Shown: positions 40,860-51,285 of the stretch, piece by piece
Position numbering within the stretch: the first letter of the stretch is position 1
How the letters are laid out: the number at the start of each line of letters is the position of its first letter
The notes under the pieces: generated by a model
The model's database searches: none
Told to the model about the DNA's origin: nothing
What the model saw: the letters and a program-made list of their open reading frames with translations, nothing else
Program-made: the position numbers and the translations under genes
Assembly (NCBI GenBank): GCA_030445265.1
Contig: JAUCSC010000001.1
Coordinates: 482,494 to 546,493 of the forward strand
Direction: 5' to 3'
Origin: Candidatus Saccharimonadota bacterium
GTDB taxonomy: Bacteria > Patescibacteriota > Saccharimonadia > Saccharimonadales > Saccharimonadaceae
DNA length: 64,000 nucleotides

Positions 40860-42317
40860 TTAATCGAGTAGCATTCGAATACGCTGCAAGTGATAGACGT
40901 CGTCGATTTTTTGAATACTGTAAAGATATTTTCCATTTTGGCTTAACGATACATCGTAGCCAGGGGTAACATTGTGCATTGCATAGCTATTGCTACCATC
41001 GAATTCTCGGAGTGTCAGTTTGCCACCCTCGTCACCCCATAGATATGCACTGTCGAGCCAACGCAGCCGCGGGGCTGTAGTCTGACCTTCTGCATAGGTA
41101 AAGTGTGACAGCCGTTGATGTTCGAGGTCATAGGTATCGTATGCTGCCTGTGACTGTACGAGCAGGAAGTCTCCTGATGAGCTAAAGCTAAGCGAGGTGA
41201 CAGGGGAGCTGACATCGAAGTTTGCAAACTCATCAAGACTCGTATCATCACGATTCGACGTCGGATAGCTACCCTTGAGTATTTTTACTTTGGACCCAGC
41301 TATAACCGCGACATAGTCGTCGTTGAAATAACGGGTAGTTGCAATGAAGAGGGGAGTAGAAGCATCGGTTGTTGCAATGACGTGCGCTTCATTATCGCCA
41401 TCGCGGTAGACCCCGGCAACACGCTTGCTGGGATCACTCGCATCCGTGCCAACATAGGTCACGATATTGCTTTCATACATATCAAAGGACGCTACATTGC
41501 TCACCAGTGCCCGCGAAATCGTGGAAGAACCCAAATCAAATCGTCGAATGATTCCGTTACTCAACGCATAGAGAATATTGCCACTGGTACCCGAGAAAAT
41601 CGGATTCACCATATCGACATTAAATAGGCGAGTAACATTGACGCTCGACGGGGCGTCCTGCGTATCTAAGACGATCCACTCAGTCTTATCACCATATACA
41701 TGTTGTATAAAGACATGCCGGCTGCCCGTGTCCCAACGGCCAATAGCAAATTGCTCGGTCGCTCCTTGTGGCGCAGCGGTAAAAATGTCGGCAGGTAACG
41801 TCAGCGCGTCTTGCTTGATGGTGTCACTACGAATATCTACCAATGAGAATGACGACTCATTACTGCGCGCCTGCAGCAAGATTGATCGTCCGTCTGGAGA
41901 TGCACTCACGCTCGCTAGCTCAGCATAGTTGCTCACATTCGCCGGCGTTCGGCTTTTTGGAATGAGGCGAGCATAATCGAGCCATGTCAGCGTCCCGGCG
42001 TTGGTTGGAAGCGTTTTTGTCCACGTCTCATAGCCTGTCCGCGCCATCGAGAAGCTATGAGTCCCCGCCATGATTGACTGTTTACTCGGTGTACGGGGTC
42101 CTATGTCGACACCGTCAATAGCAACCGTTGCGCCCGAAGGTTTGGAGGCAAACTGCACTAATGCATTCTGCTCTAACGTGCCATTATTGCTGTCGAGGCG
42201 ATAGCCAAGTATGAAGAGGATGATGCCAGTGACGATCACCAGAACCGCCAATGACATGACGGAATAGACAGCAATACGCTGTACGAGTTCTTTCTTTTTT
42301 GAAGGTTTTTTGTACAT
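40860..42317 (-). CDS. PEGA-domain membrane-anchored protein with a beta-propeller-like region
   Basis: N-terminal TM; SKPSGATVAIDG...GYETW; WD/TolB-like SPDG and SQNGKYL repeats. Confidence 0.8.
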   Translation of the reverse strand: MYKKPSKKKELVQRIAVYSVMSLAVLVIVTGIILFILGYRLDSNNGTLEQNALVQFASKPSGATVAIDGVDIGPRTPSKQSIMAGTHSFSMARTGYETWTKTLPTNAGTLTWLDYARLIPKSRTPANVSNYAELASVSASPDGRSILLQARSNESSFSLVDIRSDTIKQDALTLPADIFTAAPQGATEQFAIGRWDTGSRHVFIQHVYGDKTEWIVLDTQDAPSSVNVTRLFNVDMVNPIFSGTSGNILYALSNGIIRRFDLGSSTISRALVSNVASFDMYESNIVTYVGTDASDPSKRVAGVYRDGDNEAHVIATTDASTPLFIATTRYFNDDYVAVIAGSKVKILKGSYPTSNRDDTSLDEFANFDVSSPVTSLSFSSSGDFLLVQSQAAYDTYDLEHQRLSHFTYAEGQTTAPRLRWLDSAYLWGDEGGKLTLREFDGSNSYAMHNVTPGYDVSLSQNGKYLYSIQKIDDVYHLQRIRMLLD

Positions 42318-42454
42318 CTGCGTTCTATTATAGCAACGGCCAGCATCCCGGCGCTAAAAATAGGCTTGCATATTTAACCAGTTGTTCTTAAGATAATGAT
42401 ATTACTGCTTACGCATAAAAACTAACAGTAGGTGTACTAGCGAGGAAAGCGTGC

Positions 42455-43420
42455 ATGGAAAAAAATAAAACAATCTCGATTAATGGGCGTGACTACGATG
42501 TACGTACCGGCTTGCCAATCAATGATTCGGCTTCTTCGAGCATTCCACCCCATGCAGCACCCCGCGCCACTCACCACGCTACTGAAGTGCATAAGACGCC
42601 TGAACGATCAAAAACACTCCTTCGCCGTTCCGCCAAAAAACCAGCGAAACCAGCGATCGTTGCGCCCCGCAAGCCAAGCACTGGCCGCACTATGGACATC
42701 GCCCGCAGCAGTAGCATTTCAAAATTTGCTCCACATCCCGTGATTGAAACGCCAGTTCACGCCAAGCGCACCGACGTGCATGTACTCGCCAAGCCGCACC
42801 CAACAGTGCAGCGTGCTCTCCAGCAGCAGTCAAAGCGGTCTACTCAACCCACACCTGCCTCCAGTCATCAAACTGCTAAGCAGATTAAGGATACCGCCAT
42901 CGCCAAAGCGCTCGCTACTGAGGTACCAAAGAAAAAAGCGAACAAAAAGCCATTCAAAACGAAATTATCGCGCTTTAGCCTCATAGGCGGCTTACTGCTG
43001 GCAGTTCTCGGCATTGGCGGCTACTTTACCTATGTCAACATGCCAAGCCTATCAGTACGAGTCGCTTCGGCGCAGGCAGGCATAGAAGCATCTTTCCCTA
43101 ACTATCACCCAGATGGATATAGTATGAATGCGCCAGTATCTTACAGCGATGGAGAAGTGGTACTTTCGTTTAAATCAAACTCGAGTGACACCGGCTTTAC
43201 CATTACTCAGTCACGCAGCTCATGGGATTCATCCGCCGTTCTCGAAAACCTGGTGAAAAAGGCTGTCGATGCCAACTACATCACGACCCAGGAACAAGGA
43301 CTCACTATCTTCTCGTACGGCGGTAACGCTGCGTGGGTCAATGGTGGCATCCTCTATGTTATCGACAGTACCGCACCGCTCTCCGGTGAACAAATTCGAC
43401 AAATTGCTACCAGTCTCTAA
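42455..43420 (+). CDS. Membrane-anchored DUF4367-like protein
   Basis: Basic disordered N-terminus, one TM, PNYHPDGY...AAWVNGGILYVI...LSGEQIRQIATSL. Confidence 0.65.
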   Translation: MEKNKTISINGRDYDVRTGLPINDSASSSIPPHAAPRATHHATEVHKTPERSKTLLRRSAKKPAKPAIVAPRKPSTGRTMDIARSSSISKFAPHPVIETPVHAKRTDVHVLAKPHPTVQRALQQQSKRSTQPTPASSHQTAKQIKDTAIAKALATEVPKKKANKKPFKTKLSRFSLIGGLLLAVLGIGGYFTYVNMPSLSVRVASAQAGIEASFPNYHPDGYSMNAPVSYSDGEVVLSFKSNSSDTGFTITQSRSSWDSSAVLENLVKKAVDANYITTQEQGLTIFSYGGNAAWVNGGILYVIDSTAPLSGEQIRQIATSL

Positions 43421-43452
43421 TTTCTTTATAACCCTTATGTTAAACTATCGTT

Positions 43453-44472
43453 ATGCATAGGGCAGCGCAAAAACAAACAGGTTTTACGATCGTTGAACTT
43501 CTTATCGTGATCGTCGTAATTGGTATTCTTGCTGCTATTACGATTGTGGCCTACAACGGGATTCAGAATAGGGCGAAAAACAGTGCTGCCCTGAGCGCAG
43601 TCAACCAGACGTATAAAAAAGTTGTTTCATACGCCGTAGTGAATAATGATAATTATCCCTTAGCATTGAGCGCTGTAGGTATCAGCGATAATGATTCCAC
43701 AAACTATCAATACAGCGTCAATAATTCATCCTTACCGCGGACATACTGCGTAACCGTGACAGTCGGCAACGTAAGCTACTTTCAAAATAACTCAACACAG
43801 ACCACTCCAGCACCCGGCGGTTGTCCTGGACATGGGCAAAATGGCATTGCAGCAATAACGAATTTATCGCTGAACCCCTCAGCTTCAGGCTCATCGAGCG
43901 AAATCGGTGAGTGGTCTAGCCGGTATGCAATGGCCCGTACCTGGATTACGGGCGCTTCCGACGGCCCAATACCAGCATTGACAACCTATGGCCGGTGGAC
44001 ACAGGGCACGGCTGCCACGGGCGGAGGCCGTGGTGTTGACCATAGGGGCAATTTAGACCTAACAAATCCTCAGGTTGATGCAACATGGCCGGTAACAGTG
44101 GGGGTCCCTATAAGTGTATCGACCTACCTCCGGAGTACTATCGCTAATTCCACTGCCCGAATAGATTATCGCATTTCCGACGGGAGCAGCACCTGGCTAA
44201 CTGCCACACTTGCTTGTCCTTCAACGAACTATTCAGGGACCGGTACATGGATTCGACTCATCTGCACTATTACTCCGAGCGCGACAGGCTATATTCAGTT
44301 TTCAACTCGATTTGACCAAAGTGTTACATGGACGACGGGCGCAACACTTGATGTAACCGGACTTATGATAGTAAACAGCTCAAACGTACCAAATTATGCC
44401 GATGGCAATTCCACCAACTGGATATGGAACGGCTCAGCGAACAGTTCGACCTCAACCGGCCCACCACTCTAA
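43453..44472 (+). CDS. Type IV pilin-like protein with a C-terminal carbohydrate-binding-like domain
   Basis: G|FTIVELLIVIVVIGILAA class III signal with E5. Confidence 0.92.
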   Translation: MHRAAQKQTGFTIVELLIVIVVIGILAAITIVAYNGIQNRAKNSAALSAVNQTYKKVVSYAVVNNDNYPLALSAVGISDNDSTNYQYSVNNSSLPRTYCVTVTVGNVSYFQNNSTQTTPAPGGCPGHGQNGIAAITNLSLNPSASGSSSEIGEWSSRYAMARTWITGASDGPIPALTTYGRWTQGTAATGGGRGVDHRGNLDLTNPQVDATWPVTVGVPISVSTYLRSTIANSTARIDYRISDGSSTWLTATLACPSTNYSGTGTWIRLICTITPSATGYIQFSTRFDQSVTWTTGATLDVTGLMIVNSSNVPNYADGNSTNWIWNGSANSSTSTGPPL

Positions 44473-44521
44473 GCTTTCCTCGGTTCTTCATTCTTCACAC
44501 TTCTTATGCTAAAATACCCAC

Positions 44522-45562
44522 ATGCATAGGGCAGCGCAAAAACAAACAGGTTTTACGATCGTTGAACTTCTTATCGTGATCGTCGTAATTGGTATTCTTG
44601 CTGCTATTACGATTGTGGCCTACAACGGGATTCAGAATAGGGCGAAGGCTACTGCCGCTCAATCTGCCGTGAGCCAAGCCGCCAAGCGTGTCATAGCTTA
44701 TTCCGTAGAAAATAGTGATATCTACCCAGTCGCATTATCAAATGCCAGTATCAACGACTCTGGTAATACGACCTACCAATATAGCGTTAATAACTCCACG
44801 ACTCCTAAAACGTATTGCATTACCGCCACGACTTCAAACATCAGTTACTATATCAACAACACGACTCAAACGACTCCAGCCGCCGGAGGGTGTCCTGGAC
44901 ACGGTCAAAATGGCGTAGCGGCGATTACCAATATGGCCACGGACCCAGAAGCAACTTCATACGCAACCACGGCGGGCCAAATTGGCTGGCGATCTACTCG
45001 GTGGGCAGGTGGCTCACCCGCGGCAGCCACATACTCATTGGTTAGTGGTGCGTCTGATGGTCCAAGTGGCATGACGACCTACGCGCGAAAAACCTGGACA
45101 ACTGCTCCGGCAGCGATTGGCAACACCGGAGACACTGGCTTTGATAGTTCACCGAGCGCCTTTAATGTTACCGAAGGCAAAACATATTACATTTCGTGCT
45201 TCCTGCGCGCGTCTGTAATAAGAAACTTTGAAATAGGCGTCTACCAATCTACGCCAGCTGGTGCCGCTTTTTCTCCGGCTCGATCTGCTAGCGGCTCGGT
45301 CATAAGTGCCGCGGGGCAATGGACACGAGTCAGTTATGCCTACACAGCTCCGATTGGTGTAGGTAGGATCGGCCCCGTGTGTGACTCGAATAGTAACTCG
45401 GCCAATGGTGCGGTTAACTGGGCAGTTGGTTCTACCTTAGATGGTACTGGCCTTATGATTACCGAAGGTAATACGTTATATAATTTTGCCGATGGAGCAT
45501 CGACGAACTGGGCATGGAGTGGCGCAGTGAACAACTCTTCTTCAACCGGCCCGCCTCTGTAA
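44522..45562 (+). CDS. Type IV pilin-like protein, tandem paralogue
   Basis: Same prepilin motif; first 125 nt identical to the upstream pilin. Confidence 0.92.
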   Translation: MHRAAQKQTGFTIVELLIVIVVIGILAAITIVAYNGIQNRAKATAAQSAVSQAAKRVIAYSVENSDIYPVALSNASINDSGNTTYQYSVNNSTTPKTYCITATTSNISYYINNTTQTTPAAGGCPGHGQNGVAAITNMATDPEATSYATTAGQIGWRSTRWAGGSPAAATYSLVSGASDGPSGMTTYARKTWTTAPAAIGNTGDTGFDSSPSAFNVTEGKTYYISCFLRASVIRNFEIGVYQSTPAGAAFSPARSASGSVISAAGQWTRVSYAYTAPIGVGRIGPVCDSNSNSANGAVNWAVGSTLDGTGLMITEGNTLYNFADGASTNWAWSGAVNNSSSTGPPL

Positions 45563-45585
45563 TTTTCTGTTATACTGAGCGGGTA

Positions 45586-47040
45586 ATGTCTGAAAACAAC
45601 GCTTCTATTCGTACTCGTTTCGCCCCGAGCCCCACGGGATATATCCATGTCGGTAATGTCCGTTCAGCACTTTTTCCGTATCTCTTAGCAAAACAGCAGG
45701 GTGGTAAGTTCGTCCTGCGTATCGAAGACACTGACCGAGCCCGTTTCGTGGAAGGTGCGACTGATATGATTCTCGATACCCTTGAGTGGCTCGGGATTGA
45801 TTGGGACGAAGGTCCGCGAAAAGGCGGGGATTACGGCCCTTATACCCAAACTGAACGACTGGATCATTATCATGCCTGGGCGCAAAAATTAATAGAAAAA
45901 GGCTACGCCTACGCCGACCCCTACACTGCAGAAGAGGTTGAGTCATTTCGAGATAAAGCCAAGGCCGAAAAACGCGCCTTCCTCTACCGCGATCACCGCC
46001 CGTCGAACCCGCCTATCTGGGACGGATCACAACCGTTACGATTCAAGGTGCCCGTTATTAAACGCTACACGTGGACGGACGCGGTCATGGGTGAGCTATC
46101 AGCCGGCGAAGAAGCCCTCGATGATTTTATTCTGATAAAGAGCGACGGACTGCCGACGTACAATTTTGCCCATATTATTGATGATTACGAAATGGGCATT
46201 ACTCATGTCATCCGCGGGCTCGAATATATCGCTTCCATCCCAAAATATTTATCACTCTACGATGCCCTTGAAATAGAATGGCCAGTCATCGCGTGCCTGC
46301 CACATATTCTCGCGCCAGATGGCAAGAAAAAGCTTGGTAAACGAGATGGCGCCAAGAGCGTCCAGGAATATAAGACGGATGGATACCTCCCCGAAGCGAT
46401 GCTCAACTTCCTGGCCAGCCTGGGGTGGAATGACGGTACCGAACAGGAAGTCTTTACGAAAGAAGAGTTAATAGACAAGTTTAGCCTGGAGCGCGTCCAA
46501 CGTAGTGGCGCCCGTTTTGACGAGCAGCGCCTCATCTGGCTCAATGGCCAACACATTCGTAAACTTGCTGTTGATGACTTATTTGAGCGAGTTACAGACT
46601 TCTGGCCAGCCGCGGCGACGGAAGCCTCCGAGCAGGCGAAGAAGCAAGTGCTCGCTTTGGTACAAGATCGCCTTAAGACGCTCCGTGATCTGCCGCTTCT
46701 GACCGAATATTTCTTTGCCGAGCCGACACCAGAACCGACAATGATTACCGAAAATAAGCAGCTGTCAAAGCTTGGCACCGATGAGACACTGTCCCTCTTA
46801 TCGGCCTCACGCACGGCGCTGGAAGCATCAGACTATACACCCGATGACCTACAGAACACGCTGAACCGCCTGCTGGAAACAACCGAACAAAAACCAGGGG
46901 TGCTCTTTAGCCTTATCCGCCTCGCCGTCTCCTGGGCACCGTTCAGCCCAGCGCTCAATGACACACTGGCAGTCCTCGGTAAAGAGACGGTTACGCTCCG
47001 ACTGACTCGAGCCATTGAAGCAATCGAATCCCGCTCATAG
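45586..47040 (+). CDS. gltX: Glutamate--tRNA ligase
   Basis: RFAPSPTGYIHVG (HIGH-like), LRIEDTD and KKLGKR (KMSKS-like); start at ATG 45586. Confidence 0.96.
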   Translation: MSENNASIRTRFAPSPTGYIHVGNVRSALFPYLLAKQQGGKFVLRIEDTDRARFVEGATDMILDTLEWLGIDWDEGPRKGGDYGPYTQTERLDHYHAWAQKLIEKGYAYADPYTAEEVESFRDKAKAEKRAFLYRDHRPSNPPIWDGSQPLRFKVPVIKRYTWTDAVMGELSAGEEALDDFILIKSDGLPTYNFAHIIDDYEMGITHVIRGLEYIASIPKYLSLYDALEIEWPVIACLPHILAPDGKKKLGKRDGAKSVQEYKTDGYLPEAMLNFLASLGWNDGTEQEVFTKEELIDKFSLERVQRSGARFDEQRLIWLNGQHIRKLAVDDLFERVTDFWPAAATEASEQAKKQVLALVQDRLKTLRDLPLLTEYFFAEPTPEPTMITENKQLSKLGTDETLSLLSASRTALEASDYTPDDLQNTLNRLLETTEQKPGVLFSLIRLAVSWAPFSPALNDTLAVLGKETVTLRLTRAIEAIESRS

Positions 47041-47089
47041 CGCCATACGTTTACCCAAATACAGTATCTGTTATAATACTGCTAACGCT

Positions 47090-48187
47090 ATGGAAAAAAC
47101 GAAAACAAAAAAATTAGCGACGTTCTTTCTTTGGCTGAAGCGCCATCGTAAGCTCTCTTTGCTTGCCGGAAGCTTCGTCATACTTACGGGGAGCGGTGTG
47201 TCGGCCTTCTTTATTTTGAACAGCCAGCCTGAACCCGTCGCATCTGCACCGGTTGAGTCCGTTAAGCCAGCTCCCGTGCCTGAGCCAGAACCAGTCAAAT
47301 ACTACTCACCACTCAGCGGGGCGCTGGTGAGCGACGAAGCAGCGACCAAACAAGCCGTCACGGCAATCATGATCGAGAATAGTCCAGACGCTCGCCCGCA
47401 GTCCGGCTTAAAAGGCAGCGGCGTAGTGTTTGAAGCCATCGCTGAGGGTGGCATCACGCGGTTTCTCGCACTCTACCAAGAAGGGAAACCACAGCTTATT
47501 GGACCGGTACGCAGCGTCCGTATGTACTATGTCGACTGGCTGGCAGCATTTAACGCGAGTGTCGCCCACGTCGGCGGTAGCGTCGCGGCCTTATCAGAAG
47601 TGAGGAGCGGTACTTACCGTGATATTGATCAATTCTTCAATGCCAACACCTATTGGCGCGCGACCGACCGTTCGGCTCCTCACAACGTTTATACGAGCTT
47701 CGCAAAGCTTGACGCGCTTAATGCAGCCAAAGGCTACAGTAGCTCGACGTTCACTGGTTTTGAGCGAAAAGATCCGGCGCCGAGCACGACGCCAACCGCC
47801 ACAAAAATCAATGTCGTCATTAGTAGTGCCCTCTATAACAGCGCGTATGTATACAAGCCAGAGACCAACTCATACGATCGTTCGCAGGCCGGGGCTCCTC
47901 ACATCGATAGAGAAGGGGGTCAGCTCAGTCCCTCTGCTGTTGTCGTCCTCAAAGTACCAATGCAACTCGTCCTCGAAGACGGCTACCGAGAACAGATAAC
48001 CACCATCGGGAGCGGGCCGGTCACTATCTTTCAAGACGGTGGCGTGATTGAAGGAACATGGCACAAAGATTCAAAGACCGAACAATTATATTTCACCGAT
48101 GCAGCTGGGGCACGGATCAAGTTGGTGCGCGGCCAGACATGGGTTACAGCAATATCAAATAAAACAGGGGCGGTATCATGGCAATAA
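47090..48187 (+). CDS. DUF3048 (YerB-like) membrane-anchored protein
   Basis: IENSPDARPQSGL, AEGGITRF, GPVRS and APHNVY. Confidence 0.88.
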   Translation: MEKTKTKKLATFFLWLKRHRKLSLLAGSFVILTGSGVSAFFILNSQPEPVASAPVESVKPAPVPEPEPVKYYSPLSGALVSDEAATKQAVTAIMIENSPDARPQSGLKGSGVVFEAIAEGGITRFLALYQEGKPQLIGPVRSVRMYYVDWLAAFNASVAHVGGSVAALSEVRSGTYRDIDQFFNANTYWRATDRSAPHNVYTSFAKLDALNAAKGYSSSTFTGFERKDPAPSTTPTATKINVVISSALYNSAYVYKPETNSYDRSQAGAPHIDREGGQLSPSAVVVLKVPMQLVLEDGYREQITTIGSGPVTIFQDGGVIEGTWHKDSKTEQLYFTDAAGARIKLVRGQTWVTAISNKTGAVSWQ

Positions 48188-49725
48188 AAAAAATCAAACC
48201 GGCCTTCGTAAAAGATTATTGGCCGGCGTATCGTCGTCGGATGATTCAGGTGACGCTCGTTGTGCAGATCAGCGCATTCATATTGTTGGCCGCCGTATTG
48301 TTTCTGTTCGACGTATTTCAGTCCAACCTTCCCGTAGCCATCCTCGTGCTGGCTTTTCAGATAATTTCGTCTCTGCTCTTTTCTTTCTTTTTGCTTGACG
48401 TCGTCACGCGGCCGACAAAAGATCTCCTCGCGGCGATTACCCGCATATCGGGGGAGCCGACTAACGTCACCCCGCCAAATCCGAATAATACTCATTATGA
48501 AAAGACCGGATTCAAGGTTGTCCTCCAGACCCTATACGAACTCGCCAGTAAAAGTACCTCAATGCCCGCGCCAAACGTCGTGACGCCAAACGCTCCGGCT
48601 GGCGACGCTTTACTGGCGGCGCTTGATGAAACACCGACGGGCTTTGCCATCCTGAATCATGACCGTGCCGTGACGTTTTATAACCGCGCTGCACCGACCC
48701 GCGAAGATTCAGAGGGCCAACCTCAGCTCACCCTCCTGTTCAACGGGACTGATACGCTCCAATCCTGGCTTGATGAATGCGACCAAAATGCTGTCAAAGC
48801 TGAGCATATATGGGAACGCATTCCTGATCGACTCCCGGATGAAGAAGGCCGTCGATTCTTTGACGTTATGGCAACGTACGACAAAGGAGCCACGAGCGAG
48901 ACAGTCCTGACATTTATAGACCGAACGACTCACTACGAGGGAAGTGAAGAGGCCCTCGAATTCATTTCATTTGCCGCCCACGAGCTTCGTGGACCTATTA
49001 CCGTCATCCGCGGCTACTTAGATGTACTCGAAGATGAGCTGGGAGGCGCCATTGACGACGATCACCGTGAATTATTCCGCCGTTTGACCGTCTCTGCCAA
49101 TCGTCTGTCGGGGTACATCAACAATATCCTTAATACGTCTCGCTACGACCGACGCCACCTCAATCTGCATCTGACGGAGGTTTCAGCCGCGAATGTATAT
49201 AGTACGATCTCCGACGACATGGAGCTACGAGCCTCTTCCCAGCATCGCTTGCTCAGCGTCAATATCCCGCCTGACCTTCCGGCTATTGCAGCAGATGTTG
49301 CCAGCCTCGGTGAAGTCTTTGGTAACCTCATCGATAATGCCATCAAATACACTAATGAAGGCGGGAGTATCAATGTCGTCGGGAAACTCAATCGCGACAT
49401 GGTGGAAGTTTCCGTCCAAGATAATGGCATCGGCATGCCAGGTAGCGTCGTCAGCAACCTCTTCCAAAAGTTTTATCGCTCACACCGCTCACGGGAGACT
49501 GTAGCGGGCTCCGGTATCGGCTTATACATCAGCAAAGCAATCGTCGAGTCACATGGCGGTACGATCGCCGTGCGCAGTGAGGAAGGCCGTGGTTCGACCT
49601 TCACCGTTTCACTGCCGCTCTATAGTGCAGTTGCAGATAAGCTCACAGCAAGCGATAATAATAACAGCAGTATGATAGGAAAGGGGAAGGGGTGGATCAA
49701 AAACCATTCCATGTTCAGGAGTTAA
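48178..49725 (+). CDS. Sensor histidine kinase
   Basis: Two TM helices; AHELRGP H-box; NLIDNAIKY, DNGIG and GSGIGL. Confidence 0.93.
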   Translation: MAIKKIKPAFVKDYWPAYRRRMIQVTLVVQISAFILLAAVLFLFDVFQSNLPVAILVLAFQIISSLLFSFFLLDVVTRPTKDLLAAITRISGEPTNVTPPNPNNTHYEKTGFKVVLQTLYELASKSTSMPAPNVVTPNAPAGDALLAALDETPTGFAILNHDRAVTFYNRAAPTREDSEGQPQLTLLFNGTDTLQSWLDECDQNAVKAEHIWERIPDRLPDEEGRRFFDVMATYDKGATSETVLTFIDRTTHYEGSEEALEFISFAAHELRGPITVIRGYLDVLEDELGGAIDDDHRELFRRLTVSANRLSGYINNILNTSRYDRRHLNLHLTEVSAANVYSTISDDMELRASSQHRLLSVNIPPDLPAIAADVASLGEVFGNLIDNAIKYTNEGGSINVVGKLNRDMVEVSVQDNGIGMPGSVVSNLFQKFYRSHRSRETVAGSGIGLYISKAIVESHGGTIAVRSEEGRGSTFTVSLPLYSAVADKLTASDNNNSSMIGKGKGWIKNHSMFRS

Positions 49726-49728
49726 ATT

Positions 49729-50109
49729 ATGGCGATTAAAAATATTCTGTGTATCGAAGATGACCGATTTATCGGTGAAATGTATGTCCGTAGCCTCAAG
49801 AAAGCCGGATATGAAGTCGACTGGATGGTTGATGGTAATGATGGCTTGATTGCCGCACGCAACAAAGTATATGACCTGATGCTCCTTGATGTGATGCTTC
49901 CAGAACGACGGGGGACAGAGATCCTCGAAGCACTGCGAGGCGGCAAGGAAGATTTGATTCCGCATACCAAGGTCATCGTGCTGACAAACTTTGAGCAAGA
50001 TGATGAATCGCGTATTGCCATGGAGCAACACGCCGATGCCTATCTCATCAAAGCTGAGATTACTCCACGCAAGCTCATGGCCGTCATTGACGAACTGTCC
50101 GCTGCCTAG
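49729..50109 (+). CDS. Single-domain response regulator (receiver only)
   Basis: IEDD, LLDVMLP, LTN and YLIK. Confidence 0.92.
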   Translation: MAIKNILCIEDDRFIGEMYVRSLKKAGYEVDWMVDGNDGLIAARNKVYDLMLLDVMLPERRGTEILEALRGGKEDLIPHTKVIVLTNFEQDDESRIAMEQHADAYLIKAEITPRKLMAVIDELSAA

Positions 50110-50147
50110 ACACGACTAGGGTTATTTGGTAGAGTAGAACGGGTCAA

Positions 50148-50222
50148 GGCCCCATCGTCTAACGGTTAGGACACCAGGTTCTCATCCTGACAATCCGGGT
50201 TCGATTCCCGGTAGGGTCACCA
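50148..50222 (+). tRNA. tRNA-Glu(CTC)
   Basis: Cloverleaf with anticodon loop TTCTCAT, GGTTCGATTCC and CCA; two C-A mismatches in stems. Confidence 0.92.
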
Positions 50223-50262
50223 AAATAAAATACTCATCCCCGCGATGAGTATTTTATTTTGG
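50220..50262 (+). terminator. 19-bp perfect hairpin overlapping the tRNA CCA
   Basis: CCAAAATAAAATACTCATC / GATGAGTATTTTATTTTGG. Confidence 0.65.
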
Positions 50263-50278
50263 ACGGCTTTCAGAGAAG

Positions 50279-50500
50279 CGAACCCGGATTGGTTTTGCGC
50301 ACGCAAAACATAAGCCAGGTGCGATAGCGAGGAGCAGGGCGGAAGAACTACCTCCTAGTTCTTCCGAATGCGACGCTGATATATCCTGATAGTCCCGGTA
50401 GGGTTCGCATGCTGCCCAATCTTTGATTTGTACAGCATCTAGCCGATGTCCGCCGCTAGAATAGCGAGGACATCCAAGCGTCGGAGCGGTGGGGTCACCA
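50279..50500. repeat. Cluster of tRNA-Glu-derived fragments and palindromes (integration scars)
   Basis: Inverted T-arm copy at 50279-50291; TCCCGGTAGGGT at 50393-50404; GGTGGGGTCACCA at 50488-50500; ATAGCGAGGA twice. Confidence 0.65.
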
Positions 50501-50826
50501 AAAGAGATTCGTCAGCCATTAGATGTGTCTTTTTTGATACTTGCTAAGGCGTACGGGCACTCATCTTAGGGGAACCGTATATATTTTCGTTTTAGTCGTA
50601 TCTTAAATCCTCGATAAATATTGGCCGTAGGCAAATTATCTAATTTTCCACCGAGACGATACTCTATATTCTTGGTGCGTTCGACATAAATTTCAGAGCA
50701 TATAAATCAATTAGTATTCAGCTCCAGGAACGACCCAATATCTGCAAGCTCTACTTGCTTTCGCATAAGCATTACCATAAAACGGAATAATTGCAAATTC
50801 CTACTATTACAGATAGAATAAGGGCA

Positions 50827-51285
50827 ATGACTACAACAGTAAAAATTACGCTTAAAAGGTTTAAGCAAATACTAGCAATCAATATTAATTCGTTTACCTT
50901 AAGTGCTGTTGCTACATTGTTTCTATTGGGTTTATTAGCATGGTACAACCCAGAAAAGCTATTCGATATCTCCATACCTGACTTATATAATGCAATACTT
51001 CCCAGCATGATTTTAATTATCTTCGTAGTACCTATATGTATCCTGCTCACATCTTTTATATCCGAAAGGCTTAGGGGACTGTCTGAAACAAAGATAGATT
51101 ATGCTAGGGCAAAAAAATCCTTGTTCAATTTAGCTGGCTCTTTATGGATATGCCTCGGCTTCATGCTTTTCTTAAGCTTAGCTGATGTTGAGAAGTACTA
51201 TTTGACGGTAATAGTTGCCGGCTTACTGACGCTATTCTCTTGGTACTACATCTGTAGGATACTAATATCTTATGTTAAGAGTTGA
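50827..51285 (+). CDS. 4-TM membrane protein upstream of a KAP NTPase
   Basis: Four hydrophobic helices; AT-rich; overlaps the next gene by 14 nt. Confidence 0.65.
   Translation: MTTTVKITLKRFKQILAININSFTLSAVATLFLLGLLAWYNPEKLFDISIPDLYNAILPSMILIIFVVPICILLTSFISERLRGLSETKIDYARAKKSLFNLAGSLWICLGFMLFLSLADVEKYYLTVIVAGLLTLFSWYYICRILISYVKS

Noticed and set aside
43453-45562. Diversity-generating retroelement or shufflon at the pilins
   Set aside because: No reverse transcriptase or invertase nearby; the shared block is identical and N-terminal, with no adenine-specific mismatches.
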